A DNA stretch of 64,000 nt from Mytilus trossulus (taxonomy: Eukaryota): the NCBI RefSeq assembly GCF_036588685.1, contig NC_086373.1, positions 88,288,001 through 88,352,000 on the forward strand, in the 5' to 3' direction. A program made the translations under genes and the position numbers. How positions within the stretch are numbered: position 1 is the first letter of the stretch; each line of letters starts with the position of its first letter. Shown here one piece after another: positions 1-13,200 of this stretch. The notes under the pieces are model-generated. The model was not told where the DNA came from. It saw only the letters and a list, made by a program, of their open reading frames with translations, and did not search any database.

Positions 1-109
1 CCATTGCAAACAAACATTAATTATTAATGGACTACCAAAATACCAATCCGTGCGCGACCGTGCTAGGTGGTATATTGAACATGCATTTCTAAATAAATGT
101 GATTGTTAC

Positions 110-331
110 CTTGACTAATTCGTTCATATTAGTGGGATCTCTGTCATACAGATTAATCCGAACATTTTTCGGTTCTCTTGATGGTGGAGTATTCTGGTAT
201 ATTATTTCCGGTGGTGGTTGTTCATCAGGTTGTACTTTTGGTTCATCTTCAGGAAGATTTAACGGTATTTCTGTTTCACCATTTGATGCATCCTCATGAA
301 AGGAACCGGCTTTAGATCCCCTGTCAGACAT
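110..331 (-). CDS. CAV: Caveolin-family protein, N-terminal coding exon (74 codons; rest of gene beyond left edge)
   Basis: ATG at 331; translation ends ...VRINLYDRDPTNMNELVK followed by GT donor (109-108, GTAAC). DRDPxxxNxxVK is the caveolin motif preceding the FEDVIAEP signature, and the phase-0 intron after VK matches vertebrate caveolins. Confidence 0.8.
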
Positions 332-1129
332 TTTTGAATATTTTAGTCCGAACTTAAATAATTTCTGCAATGGTCCTGTGCAAAATGTATGGTTATGAAT
401 GTAATCTACTGGTATGCTAATCCCATGTTATAATAATGTATATAAGTTAACGGTATCTACATCTTTATGATTAGATTAATAGTACAATGGAATGTCTAAC
501 GTCCTTTTCGTTTGTGGATATGCGAGATAAATGACTGATGTAAACGTACCTAAGGTCAAACTCTATCAAAAGCAATATAGCACGCGTCTCCGCCTCGTCA
601 TGCCCTGAAGATAATACCTATGTAACTGTCGGATTACATATTTTTTATCTGTCAAGCTGTCGAATATTATTTATAACATACTAGTATAAAGACATATACC
701 AAGTATCTATTATAGTTCAATAGTAAATTTATATAGAATTATAATCATTATGATTTGATACATTGTCAACTGTTTTGTTTTTTGCTTTTAGCAAAAAAAA
801 TGTATACATGAATGTATTCAGAATCAAAAATAATTTTACTTAAAAATACAAACACCACTTGTTTAACCAAGAAATCTTGTCAATACATGTGTATTAATGT
901 TTTAATGTTTTTTTCAAGCCTTTAATTAACATCTTACTTTACTTTCTGCTATAAAGATGATGTCTGTTATTGAATAATCCAATGTGTGGTGACCTTGCTA
1001 AATGCTTACATGCGTCATCCAATGAACAAGGAAATAGACGGTTTCCATTATATTTAACAAAATTCCAGCTCCTACATGTAAATGCACATATCTCCAAGTA
1101 ATCCAAGTTGATAATATATAGTTGTTCTT

Positions 1130-1745
1130 GGACTATCTTTTTAATCAGGAAGTCCAAAATGGTAAATTCAATGTCGTCCCTACGAAAGTTTTTCGGAGAC
1201 TATCATGATTTGGTTGACCTTCATGGAATATCTGTATAACAGTGACCACGAATATGTTTAACAAAAGTAAGAGTTTTAGCGCTATAAAACCATGTTCAAA
1301 CCACCATTTTCTACATATGAAAATTTCTGTTCCAAGTCAGGAATATGACAGTTGTTGTCCATTCGTTTGACGTGTTTTGTCATTTGATTTTGCCATGCGA
1401 TTAGGGACTCTCCGATAGAACTTTTCCTCGGAGTTCCGAGTATTTTTGTGATTTTACTTTTTTCCCTACTTGTCGTAACCACAATCCAGTCTGTTTTTCC
1501 CCCATCTTAACATTACCGAATTCCACCTATCATCGTATTTAACTTGAAATGATAAGTAAGACGACTGATACCACCAGTGAGTGATCAGATATTGCTTAAC
1601 CTTCCTGAGCACCTTGCTTCATCTAGTTTTATATGTTCTTGTTTCTCAATCCGTGTTATCTGTTTTGTTTCTGTTGTGTATGTTGTTTCTTTATTAGTCG
1701 CTTTTCTTTTTAACCATGGTGTAGTCTGTTTTACTGGACTTAAGA
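1130..1745 (+). mobile_element. Decayed 3' end of a Penelope-like retroelement, interrupted by a second short repeat (about 1261-1462)
   Basis: 1177-1260 reads as degenerate SSLRKFFGDYHDLVDLHGISV, the RT-thumb tail type also seen at 26005-26356 and (minus) near 62460-62575; the element resumes after an inserted AAGTCAGGAATATGACAGTTG-family repeat. Confidence 0.55.
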
Positions 1746-2160
1746 TTTTTCCCCCTACATATAATATATATTTGTTATTTTACCACTGCTTTACGAAAAA
1801 TTGAATTGCTTGCGCATCATTTTGCAGAAGAAGAAAAAACATGTTTCAACTGTACTGCACATTTTTAAGAATTAAGGATTGTGACACGATCTATATTTTC
1901 TGACTATCGTCTATTTAAGACCTTTCATATTTGGAATTGGTATTACTGACAACATTTAGGTTTCATTTCAACTAAACCGAAATAAATTTGATGTATAGAA
2001 TAAGTTGTGTCAAATCATCTTTATGTCATCTTTGCTTGAATGACTTGCATGTTAAAATGCACAGGAACACTAAAGTTGACCTCCGGTGAATAATAAGAAT
2101 CCAAGGTCATATAAGGCAACACAAATTCTTGTTGCATTTCAAATTAAATTTAAAACAAAA

Positions 2161-2615
2161 CGTCGCTGGGCTTCTAAAATTTCGTATATGACTTTTTTGG
2201 CTAAAAATACTTTTTGAAACCAATGGTATGGACGGGCGGAAATCTTTGGTATTACAAAACAGCATGCAGTTAGGCCAATCAAAATGAGTGAAATAAGACA
2301 TATTACAAAATTGCCAATGTCAGTTGTTTGTAAAGTTTGCTTCCAAAATGTTGTATGAAAACTTGAAAATCGTTGTAGAATAGCTTTGAGCAAAACAAAT
2401 TGTACATTTCTTCATTTCTGTGAAAATAATTTAAGTTCTTGGATAATCCAGAAATGTCAAAAGTTTTTATTTCACTGCTATTTACAAAAATGTTCAAGTT
2501 CACATTCAACATTTTGGAAGCATGATTGTATTTGCCAAAATTTTCAAAGCCTGTTTGTGAGATATTTTTTTCTTGAAAAATGTGTAATGTACAACATTTT
2601 AGAAGCCCAGCGACC
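2161..2615. mobile_element. MITE with 19-bp perfect terminal inverted repeats, possibly Mutator-like
   Basis: GTCGCTGGGCTTCTAAAAT (2162-2180) and ATTTTAGAAGCCCAGCGAC (2596-2614); flanks TAAAACAAAA (2151-2160) and AAAAACAAAA (2616-2625) look like a 9-10 bp TSD. Confidence 0.65.
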
Positions 2616-2931
2616 AAAAACAAAAATGTGAGAGCAACGGAAGTGACAAAAAAGTCCAATTATTCCTTCCATTGATTACTGGAGCACCATCGTAATGTTC
2701 AGACCACTCGCCTATAGTATGTCTTCTCATTTCAATCTATTTTCCATCCAGTTATGAATGCCCAAGAATGTGACGTTTAAGCATAACAGATGCTTGGAAA
2801 ATAAACTCCTATTAATCTTGTTTTCTGTGTTTCTTTTTTTTAATTTTCAACCTATTTTAATTAATTTAATCTTTTCATGCTCTTATTCGTTATGAGAAAT
2901 CATGCATGTTTGAAATTAAAGGAAAACAATT

Positions 2932-2941
2932 GGGGTTTTCC
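2932..2941 (+). promoter_or_regulatory. Candidate NF-kappaB site (distal)
   Basis: GGGGTTTTCC matches GGGRNWYYCC; identical to the site at 4227-4236. Confidence 0.3.
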
Positions 2942-3349
2942 AAAATTTGATAAACTATCTCCTTGGTGGATTCTTCTGAGATCAGTGCTAATTGAAATGA
3001 GTTATAATTAGTCAAAATCAGCAAGTGTCAGAGTATTACAAGATGACAATTCTTAAAAGGCTTTTACCGTTTAAATCTAGAAAAATAACCAATCTTTGAG
3101 GGGGAAAAAACACTATAGGATGTACATTATTATATTTGCAATGTTTTATACCGTTAAGCTGTACATAGTGTTAACACTATCACTATCAAGTGTTATACAA
3201 ATCTGTCTTGCTTAAAATTCCTTTTTCAAATCTCCGTAGTGAGTAAGGACCAGACACTGACTTTCCGAAAACGAAATGGATGCATTAAACCAGATATTTT
3301 ATAAATAGAATATTTATATATATCATTTCTTACATATGAGAAACTATTG

Positions 3350-3765
3350 ATAAAATTAAGAATGGAAATGGGGAATGTGTCAAAGAGACAACCACCCGAC
3401 CATAGAGCAGACAACAACCGAATGCCATCAATAGGTCTGAATGCAGCGAGAAACTCCCGCACCCGGAGGCGACCTTCCGCTGGCTCCCAAACAAATATGT
3501 ATACTAGTTCAGTGATAATGGACTTCATACTAAAGTACTCCGAATTATACACAAGAAACTAAAATTAAAAACCATTCAAGACTCACAAAGGCCAGAAGCT
3601 CCTGTCTTGAGACAGGCACAAAAATACGCGGGGTTAAACATGTTTTTTTTAGATCTCAACTCTCCCCAATACCTCTAGTTAAATTAATGTAGAAAAAACA
3701 ATTGCACAACAGTAGGCACAGTAAAAACCGAGTCCGATGTGAGAAAAGGTAACAAAATAAAATAA
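3350..3765 (-). mobile_element. 5'-truncated copy of the Penelope-like element 3' region
   Basis: Colinear reverse complement of about 26570-26996 (GAATGGAAATGGGGAATGTGTCAAAGAGACAAC ... CCCGGAGGCG ... GGGGTTAAACATGTTT). Confidence 0.8.
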
Positions 3766-4226
3766 AAATATATATACATGTGATTCACAAATATATAATA
3801 TTGACATGTAAATAACCATTACATATGATTATAAGCCCAAATGTCGACTTACCCTTGGCCCAAACTGACTGGGTATATTATACTGTTAGTACATACAAGG
3901 ATTTGTATAGTAAGATCTTACTATACAAATCCTTGGTATATAATATTTCCAGTCCGAACGTTACATGTATATTTTAACTCAAATGTTACTAACCAATATA
4001 TAAGCCCAAACAAGCAATCTCACGTACAATTAAACTATTCACCAAAATGAAAATGACAATAAACTATAGTTCGGTCCGCTGTTGTATTCAAACTTGAAGT
4101 CAAGTCTTCTTTTTTAAACAAAATCAACATAGGCGTTGATTGAGTACGAGTTACGAAAGGTACGAGTTTGTGCAAATTCTTTGTATGTATACAAAATTAT
4201 CTCCCTTGTTCTATATTAAGTAACAA

Positions 4227-4236
4227 GGGGTTTTCC
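4227..4236 (+). promoter_or_regulatory. Candidate NF-kappaB site (proximal)
   Basis: GGGGTTTTCC 25 nt upstream of the kinase ATG. Confidence 0.4.
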
Positions 4237-4261
4237 AGAAATACGAAATCCAAAAGCAAAG

Positions 4262-7200
4262 ATGGAACACAAAAAGGTTTTCCTCGACACAGAAAATCAT
4301 GTATATTCATTGGAAGATTTGATAGGTCGTGGAGCCCAGGGTAACATATACAAAGGAATACATAAGGTATTGAAATGATACATTTTTTTGTAAAAGAATA
4401 ACTACTTTACATGACTAACACGCAGTTGTCATTACTGGAGATTTGAAAATTTTCAGTTGAAGGTTTGGTAACAGCAAATAATATTATAGTAAAACCATAC
4501 AAATCCTTGGTAACAGCTTGAGATTTTGTTTTGGCGTTCATTTTGTCAATTAAAATACAAATTTACCTTTTGTAACTTTATAATCCTTATAAATTAAGCG
4601 TTCATCAATATTCATTTTTTTTATGACGGTATTAAACTGTTAAATCTGTCACTTCAATTATCTTCTGTTGTAAGTTATAAATGTAAGTTGTAAAATGATC
4701 ATCACAAATGTACTTTCACTTTAAAAAATAATCATATACAAAATTGACTGAAAATGTCAATAAAAATTGTATAATCAGGCATGCAATTGGTAAAAAAAAT
4801 TATGGATTTTTTCAACAATATGTTAAAGACCAACGTAAGTAAGTAAGAAAGTAAGTAAGTAAATTTTATTTAGAGTCAGCATATATATACATAATAACAG
4901 AGAAAACATGAGCTCTGGTGAGCTCTTTAACTGACCAACAATTGTCAAAGGAATTTTTGTTAATTTTGGTCATAGTTATGTCTTCATGTGATTTTGTTTT
5001 CACTAGTACTTGATGTGAACACATGCAATATATTTTACAGTTTAAAATGGTTGAATATATAGCAAATGTCTGGACAGAAAATAATAGTTGTGTTTATCTT
5101 GTGAGAAATTTAAAATGAAGACCTTGAAGAGAGTGTTAAAGGATTATTTTTGTGCAACATGTTTTGTCATTTTTATTTCACATGCTGCCGTGAAAAAAAT
5201 CCATTTTTATAAAATAAACCAGATTCACTAGCCTGTCAACACTGAGATTGTGAGTTCCAATCCAGTACATCACATGGCAAGAGCACTTGACTCCAATCTT
5301 TTTTTTCTAAGATTGTCAGTTTTTCTTCCAAAGGTCAGTGGCTTTCTTCAGGCACTCTTGACTTCCTCCACCAATAAAAACCGAATACAGAGAAATAGAA
5401 CAGAAGTGCTGAATATGATGTTTAGTATGAAACAGATTAAGTTCAGTCATGGATATATAAGTATTAACAAAAGAAAAATGTGTAATGTAATTCTTATCAT
5501 GTTTTACATCTTCACAGATGACATCTTTTCTATAATATCAGAATCACGATTTGAGTCTGAATATATTGAAAAATATGAAGTTACAAATATCAGACTTTTG
5601 GCTCTGCTAATGATTGAAAAATATTGTTACATTGTGTACCTTAATTAATCTTATAAATACTATCTAATTTCAGTCGAGCGGAGAGGTTCATGCCTTGAAG
5701 ATGTTTGAGAAATATAATTTGCAGACACAAAGAGAAATGGATGCACTAAGTAAACTGCAGCATCCAAATATTGTCATGTTTTATAAATGTGAAAAAGATG
5801 TGAGTAATTATATTAAGTAGATTTATATAAATTAGGCATTTGATTTTCTATTTAGAATCATTTCATTTCATACAATGTCATATCAAGGTAGTGCTGGACA
5901 TGCGTGGCTGTAAATTTAAAGCAACCAATAATCAATCAGTCAGTATACATTTTAAACATAGATTACAATACAGTCAAAACAGTATGGGTGTTGTTCAATG
6001 TTCAAGATGATATTGTGACTTATGCTTGTTTAAATCTCTGTTGGATACTGTAAATTCAGAAATTATATCGAGGTTTTTATTATTGCAAAACATGTGACTA
6101 AGTTGTAAACGCAACAATTTAAACCCACATTTTGAAATATTTCACAGGAATAAAACAAAATCGTAAAAATTGAATTCGCATTTAAGTCTAAAATGACAAA
6201 ATCACAATAACAAATGCATGCAATAATTTCTGAATTTACAGTAGATGACTCATTGAAAGTCGTACCATTTTCCCTTATTATGGTATATCATGATATAGAG
6301 AATAGATGTTTTGAAGCACAATGATACAAGTATATATATGAAGAACCATATATGAACAAATATAAGACTAACAGGCAAATATTCTAACAACTACTGTCAT
6401 AATTTGTCAGACAACTTCATTGTAAAGTAAGTGAGCATTCCAAAATGAAGACAACATAGAGCATATTTAAATATTAGATAATAAAGCAGGAAATATTAAG
6501 TGAATAAGGTGGATAATTTAGATCGATTACAAACAGTTTTGGTAAATACAACATTGAAAATATGGTTGTACATTATAAACACAAGAAGAGATATGCTTCA
6601 ACTATAAAAACACAAGTAAATACAATTAACAAAGAAAAGGAAACTTTCGTTTGCTTCAACACAGACTAAAGACTTTTTAGCTCACCTGGCCCGAAGGGCC
6701 AAGTGAGCTTTTCTCATCACTTGGCGTCCGTCGTCCGGCGTTGTCCGTCGTCGTCGTTAACTTTTACAAAAATCTTCTCCTCTGAAACTACTGGGCCAAA
6801 TTAAACCAAACTTGGCCACAATCATCATTGGGGTATCTAGTTTAAAAAATGTGTGGCGTGACCCCCCAAACCAACCAAGATGGCCGCCATGGCTAAAAAT
6901 AGAACATAGGGTAAAAATGCAGTTTTCGGCTTATAACTCAAAAACCAAAGCATTTAGAGCAAATCTGACTAGGTAAAATTGTTTATCAGGTCAAGATCTA
7001 TCTGCCCTGAAATTTTCAGATGAATCAGAAAACCCATTGTTGGGTTGCTGCCCCTAAATTGGTAATTTTAAGGAAATTTTACTGTTGTTGGTTATTATCT
7101 TGAATATTATTATAGATGGAGATAAACTGTAAATAGCAATAATGTTCAGCAAAGTAAGATTTACAAATAAGTCAACATGACCAAAATGGTCAGTTGACCC

Positions 7201-10200
7201 CTTTAGGAGTTATTGCCCTTTAAAGTCTATTTTTAACCATTTTTCGTAAATTTTATATATCTTTTACAAAAATCTTCTATGAAACTGCTGGGCCAAATTA
7301 ATCCGAACTTGGCCACAATTATCTTTGGGGTATCTTGTTTAAAAAATGTGTGGCGTGACCCGCCAAACCAACCAAGATGGCGGCCATGACTAAAAATAGA
7401 ACATAAGGGTAAAATGCAGTTTTCGGCTTATAACTCAAAAACCAAAGCATTTAGAGCAAATCTGACTAGGTAAAATTGTTTATCAGGTCAAGATCTATCT
7501 GCCCTGAAATTTTCAGATGAATCAGAAAACCCATTGTTGGGTTGCTGCCCCTAAATTGGTAATTTTAAGGAAATTTTACTGTTGTTGGTTATTATCTTGA
7601 ATATTATTATAGATGGAGATAAACTGTAAATAGCAATAATGTTCAGCAAAGTAAGATTTACAAATAAGTCAACATGACCAAAATGGTCAGTTGACCCCTT
7701 TAGGAGTTATTGCCCTTTAAAGTCTATTTTTAACCATTTTTCGTAAATTTTATATATCTTTTACAAAAATCTTCTATGAAACTGCTGGGCCAAATTAATC
7801 CGAACTTGGCCACAATTATCTTTGGGGTATCTTGTTTAAAAAATGTGTGGCGTGACCCGCCAAACCAACCAAGATGGCGGCCATGACTAAAAATAGAACA
7901 CAAGGGTAAAATGCAGTTTTTGGCTTATAACTCAAAAAACAAAGCATTTAGGGCGAATCTGACTAGGGTAAAATTGTTTATCAGGTCATGATCTATCTGC
8001 CCTGAAATTTTCAGATGAATCGGACAACCTGTTGTTAGGTTGCTGTCCCTGAATTGGTAATTTTAAGGAAATTTTGCTGTTTTTTGGGTTATTATCTTGA
8101 ATATTATTATAGATAGAGATAAACTGTAAACATCAAAAATGTTCAGCAAAGTAAGATTTACAAATAAGTCAACATGACCAAAATAGTCAGATGACCCCCT
8201 AAGGAGTTATTGTCCTTTATAGTCCATTTTTAACCATTTTTCATAAAATTTGTAAATTTTTAATACCAGTAACATTTTCCAGAGAAACTACTGGGCCAAG
8301 TTCATTATAGATAGTGATAATTGTAAGCAGCAAGAATGTTCACTAAAGTGAGATGAACAAACATGTCACCTTCATCAAAACACAATTTTGTCATGAATCC
8401 ATCTGCTTCCTCTGTTTAATATTCACATAGACCAAGGTGAGCGACACAGGCTCTTTGGAGCCTCTAGTTTTGTCAATGTAATGGAAAATATGTATCTGGT
8501 GTTAGTATTAGTTTATGATACAAAATCCCTATATGCACATGATAAAATTTGTTTTGATGTTTTATATCTTGGTTTTACAGTATAAAAAGAAGGAGGTAAT
8601 AGTTATGGAGTTATGTGAGGGAGGAAGTTTACTAGATTCAATAAGGAAACCAGAAAATATTACAGGACTAGAAGAAGAAGAATTCCTCAGAGTTTTTTCA
8701 CATTTAGGTAGGTGATAATAGGGTATCTACAGGGCTCTTCCTTTCACAATACTAATGGACCAAAACACTTTTTTCAAGTTATATGTTCAATTCATTTTTT
8801 AAACTGACCACCCTTGTCATGACCAGCTTATGAAAATCATTGCTGTAGAAAGGTTTTGAGAACAGCCTATAAAATAGTTCACTGTTATGAAAATAATTTA
8901 ACCATCCATTTAAAAACAGTAATCTCTGATTCATAAAAACCTTATAAAATCAGACACATCGGTATGTAGCTAAAAAATACTTCTGTTATGGATGCCACGA
9001 TATTAGTAAGTTGATCTAAACAGATCATGGACACACATTTTAACCTCTTTATGGATGCTATCTTTGTTATTTTAGTCCAAATTCCTTAACTTGTCAGTCT
9101 CCAAAAAAAGATATATCTTTCTCAGAAACAGCATGATCACTTCAATTATTTAAAAAAATCCACATTATATTCTGACAGAGTGGCTGCTATTTATAGTAGC
9201 TGTAATTGACACATAGGCCTCACTTAAATCACACATTTTATCATCTCTCCTGCTACCATCATTCCATTCATTATCAGAATTCGCATAGAAATAGCATGAA
9301 AGCTTATTATATAACACATTCTGTTTTGTTCTAATCCTATTGAAAAATATGGCCACCAATTACACTTGTTTTTTAATGACTGAGTAGACTTCTACATAAC
9401 ATTCTCAAACTTTGTAACTTTTCAAGGAATAATTATTTTTTAAGTTGATTGATCTCAGCTTTACAAAAGAGATTTTTAGAATAATTTAGTTGAGAGTTAA
9501 ATGATAGATATTATTTTTGTTTTCAGTTTCTGGCATGAAACATCTAAGGAAGCATGGATTTTCACATAGAGACATTAAACCTGGAAACATTCTTGTTTGT
9601 ATAGGGGAAGATAGCAGGTAGTCATATTTTTATTGTAAGAGTGACATGCTAATAGATGATGCATTGATTGGTGTCTGCTTATTAACCAGTGGCAAACATT
9701 TCTTGTTAAAGATGAAATCAAGTTAGTAAACATGTAAATAACTAGTCCAAACAATTGTGACGTCTGGAAAGGCTATTTTAGGCGTCCCAGAAAACAAATA
9801 GCCTTAATTTGGACTAGTAAATAACATAAAGTCATGAAAGTGGTTAACCTCATTTAAATGGGAGATAACTAAATGACAAAAGTGTAAAGTGCAATGGAAA
9901 GATGTGTGAATTTGATTTAAGCTCATATATTTCTATCCCAGAAGCATGAGCATAAGTTCAAATTTCAATGAGGGAAGAACATTAATTTGCAGCAGCATTC
10001 ATTCTGCACCTCACCATTACTCACATCACAGTCATCTCTCATAAGGTACATCATAGATTTAAAGTTTATATAGTTGGAAAATTTAGCCATTATCAAGTTT
10101 GCACCATTAAGTTCAAGCAAATATTGAATGTAAAATGTCAAGATAAACATATCTTACTGAAAGGTTACTATTACAGGCTCAGGATTAAATAACATGTTTT

Positions 10201-13200
10201 TCATTAATTATTGTTGATAATTGGATTTTATTTTTTCTTCAGAAATATCTACAAATTATCAGATTTTGGTACTGCTAAACCTCTCAACGACAATGATTTC
10301 TTTGTGTCACTAGTTGGAACAGATGAATACCTTGTAAGTTAATGGTTATTGAAATACATGTATTGAGGTTTTGTAATTATTTTTCAATACACTTTCTCAC
10401 CCTACTATTAAGGTATTATTTCGGACACAGACCGTTTTTTAACACAAACAAATATATTAGCTAATTCATAACCATGCATTGAAAGAAGATATTGAGGTTC
10501 CCTTAAGACATAATATTATGCATTGAAAAGTAATTGTTTTAATTCTAGTTACAAGAAGATATGTGTATGGAGTTTACTGAACATAAAATATTTCTATAAT
10601 TAATGATAAGCAACCTTTAAAAGATTACAGCAGCATGATGTGATTTAAAAGTAATCATATAGATATACTGCATTTTTACTATCAAAAGAGTTCTTTATTG
10701 AATAGTTATTATGAATATGGATTTTATTTCATGCAATAGTCAGCCATAAAAGGCCTTGAAATGACAAACTTAAAACAATTCAAACGAAAAAACTTTCAGC
10801 CTAATTTAAAGTCTAACACTGTTGAAGGCTGTACTTTAACCTATAATGGTTTACTTTTTAAATTGTTATTTGGATGGAGAGTTGTCTCATTGGCACTCAC
10901 ACCACATCTTCCTATATCTAACACTGATTTCTTTGAAATGCTAATTCTGATCCTGATCTGATTATACCAGCATCCAGATATTTATAAAGCTGCCTTCATA
11001 GACAGAAGACGAGGTGGAGGATCATTCACTATATCAGCTGACTTATGGAGTCTTGGAGCCACACTTTATCACACAGTTACAGGCAAAGTGCCTTTCTCTC
11101 CATACATTGGACGGGATGATAAAAATGTTATGTATGTTCTACTTTGATCCATTGTTTTAACAGGAAAAATTAGGTTTTGTCACAAGTTCTTTTATTAAAT
11201 CTATTAAAATCCAAGTTATAGTTATCATGAATTTCCTCATTCATTAACAAAGCACACATTTTCATATAAAAACTAAAGATAGATTTTCCAATTCGACAAC
11301 ACAATAATATTCCTTAACTGAAATTTTTAAAAATTGTTTCGTTTTTTTCCAAATTGATTTAGGTGGAAGATCAAGAGTAAGCTGTAAGAAGTTTTAAAAA
11401 TTGCCTAAATTTTTTTATACTTCACTTTAAGAGGTTAAATTTAATAGTTTCTTGTATGATAAGCTATAATCATGCCATTAATATTTTCAGGTTTGAGATG
11501 ATTTCAGAGAAAGAATCTGGTGTTATATCAGGGGACCAGATGTTTGCTGGTGGAAGTATTCACTGGAGTAAAAATCTCCCCAAAACATGCAGACTGTCAA
11601 AGTAACGTAGTTTTCTACTTTTTCATCAAATGATAAATTTTGTAAAAAGATTCTCAGTTAGATATTGGACTTGAAAAGTAACCTGTAAAATTCATGACAC
11701 AATACTTCCTTATTTATCCATCCTAGAACATGAATAGGTTTTAAAAATCTCTGACATATTGAAATTTGAATTGATTAGAATGATACTTCAATGAAACAAA
11801 CACTAGGCTAATAGTCACATGTGATTAGAGGAAGATCCACACTGATATTGAGGTCAGCACCTCTAATGTTAAAGCTACAGATACTGAACATAAAATGAAA
11901 TTATATCCCCACTCTAGGAGGAAAGGCCATATTGCATTTGCTTTGTTTGTCATTTGTCCAACATCTATTTTTGCCACATTATTCTTGTGTAGTACTGAAC
12001 AGAATGACAAATCCAGTTGGAATTTCATTTACTAGTAGATAATTATGTTTCTCAGAAATGTAATATCAATCCATTTGAACACATAGAATCTTAATGTTGT
12101 GAAAAAAACCTTTTTCAAACATTTTCATTGTTGGTTTCATTTTAAGGTTAGATGGTTTTTAGGTGTCTTCTTCATTCATTTGAATGGCAGAGATTAAATT
12201 GTAATCACTTTTAAAATCTATCATTTGAGACTTGCTTTTATTATGTTTTCAGATCTATGAACACTTGTATAAAAACCATTCTTATAAATCTACTGGAAAG
12301 TGACAAAACAAAAATTTGGAGTTTTGAAGATTTTTTTGATGCTGCAGATGAACTATTAAGCAGGAAACCAGTTCATGTGTTTTATCCAAATACCTGTACA
12401 AGAAACATATTATATGTAAAACAAGAAACAAAGTAAGATTTCAAGCAATTTCCATAAATAGTGTAACTAGATTTAAGAGGGGGATATGCTGTTGGGTAAG
12501 TATTGTACAGTATGGGTAGGTGTAAATTATCATGATGTAAAATGCATGCAGGTCTCTAAAAGAATGCTTTCCATATTTTTGAATAAGGGTAAACATTGTA
12601 TAAGTCTAAAATCCAAATAATAGGATTGTTACCAAATAAATAAAAACATGTAAACAACAAAACAATAGACAGAAAACAATGTGGTATTGAAAAAAATAAA
12701 ATTATTAATAATAGATAATTTTCAAATGAAGCACTTTTAGTAAGATATAAAAAAGAAGATGTGGTATGATTGCCAATGAGACAACTATCCACAAAAGACC
12801 AAAATGACACAAACATTAACAACTGTAGGTCACCGTACGGCCTTCAACAATGAGAAAATCCCATACCGCATAGTCAGCTATAAAAGGCCCCGATAAGACA
12901 ATGTAAAACAATTCAAAGGAGAAAACTAACGGCCTTATTTATGTGAAAAAATGAACGAAAAACAAATATGTAACACATAAACAAACGACAGCCATTGAAT
13001 TACAGGCTCCTGACTTGGGACAGGCACATACATAAATAATATGGCAGGGTTAAACATATTAGCGGGATCCCAACCCTCCCCTAACCTGGGACAGTGGTAT
13101 AACAGTACAACATAAGAACGAACTATAAAAATCATTTGAAAAAGGCTTAACTCATCAGATAGACAAAAAATACAAGTGGACATGGCCGAGTACTTATACA

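Noticed and set aside
99-299. 66-aa plus-strand ORF
   Set aside because: Antisense shadow of the caveolin exon.
5250-5648. 132-aa ORF in kinase intron 1
   Set aside because: Runs through a SINE remnant and AT-rich intron; not in the spliced frame.
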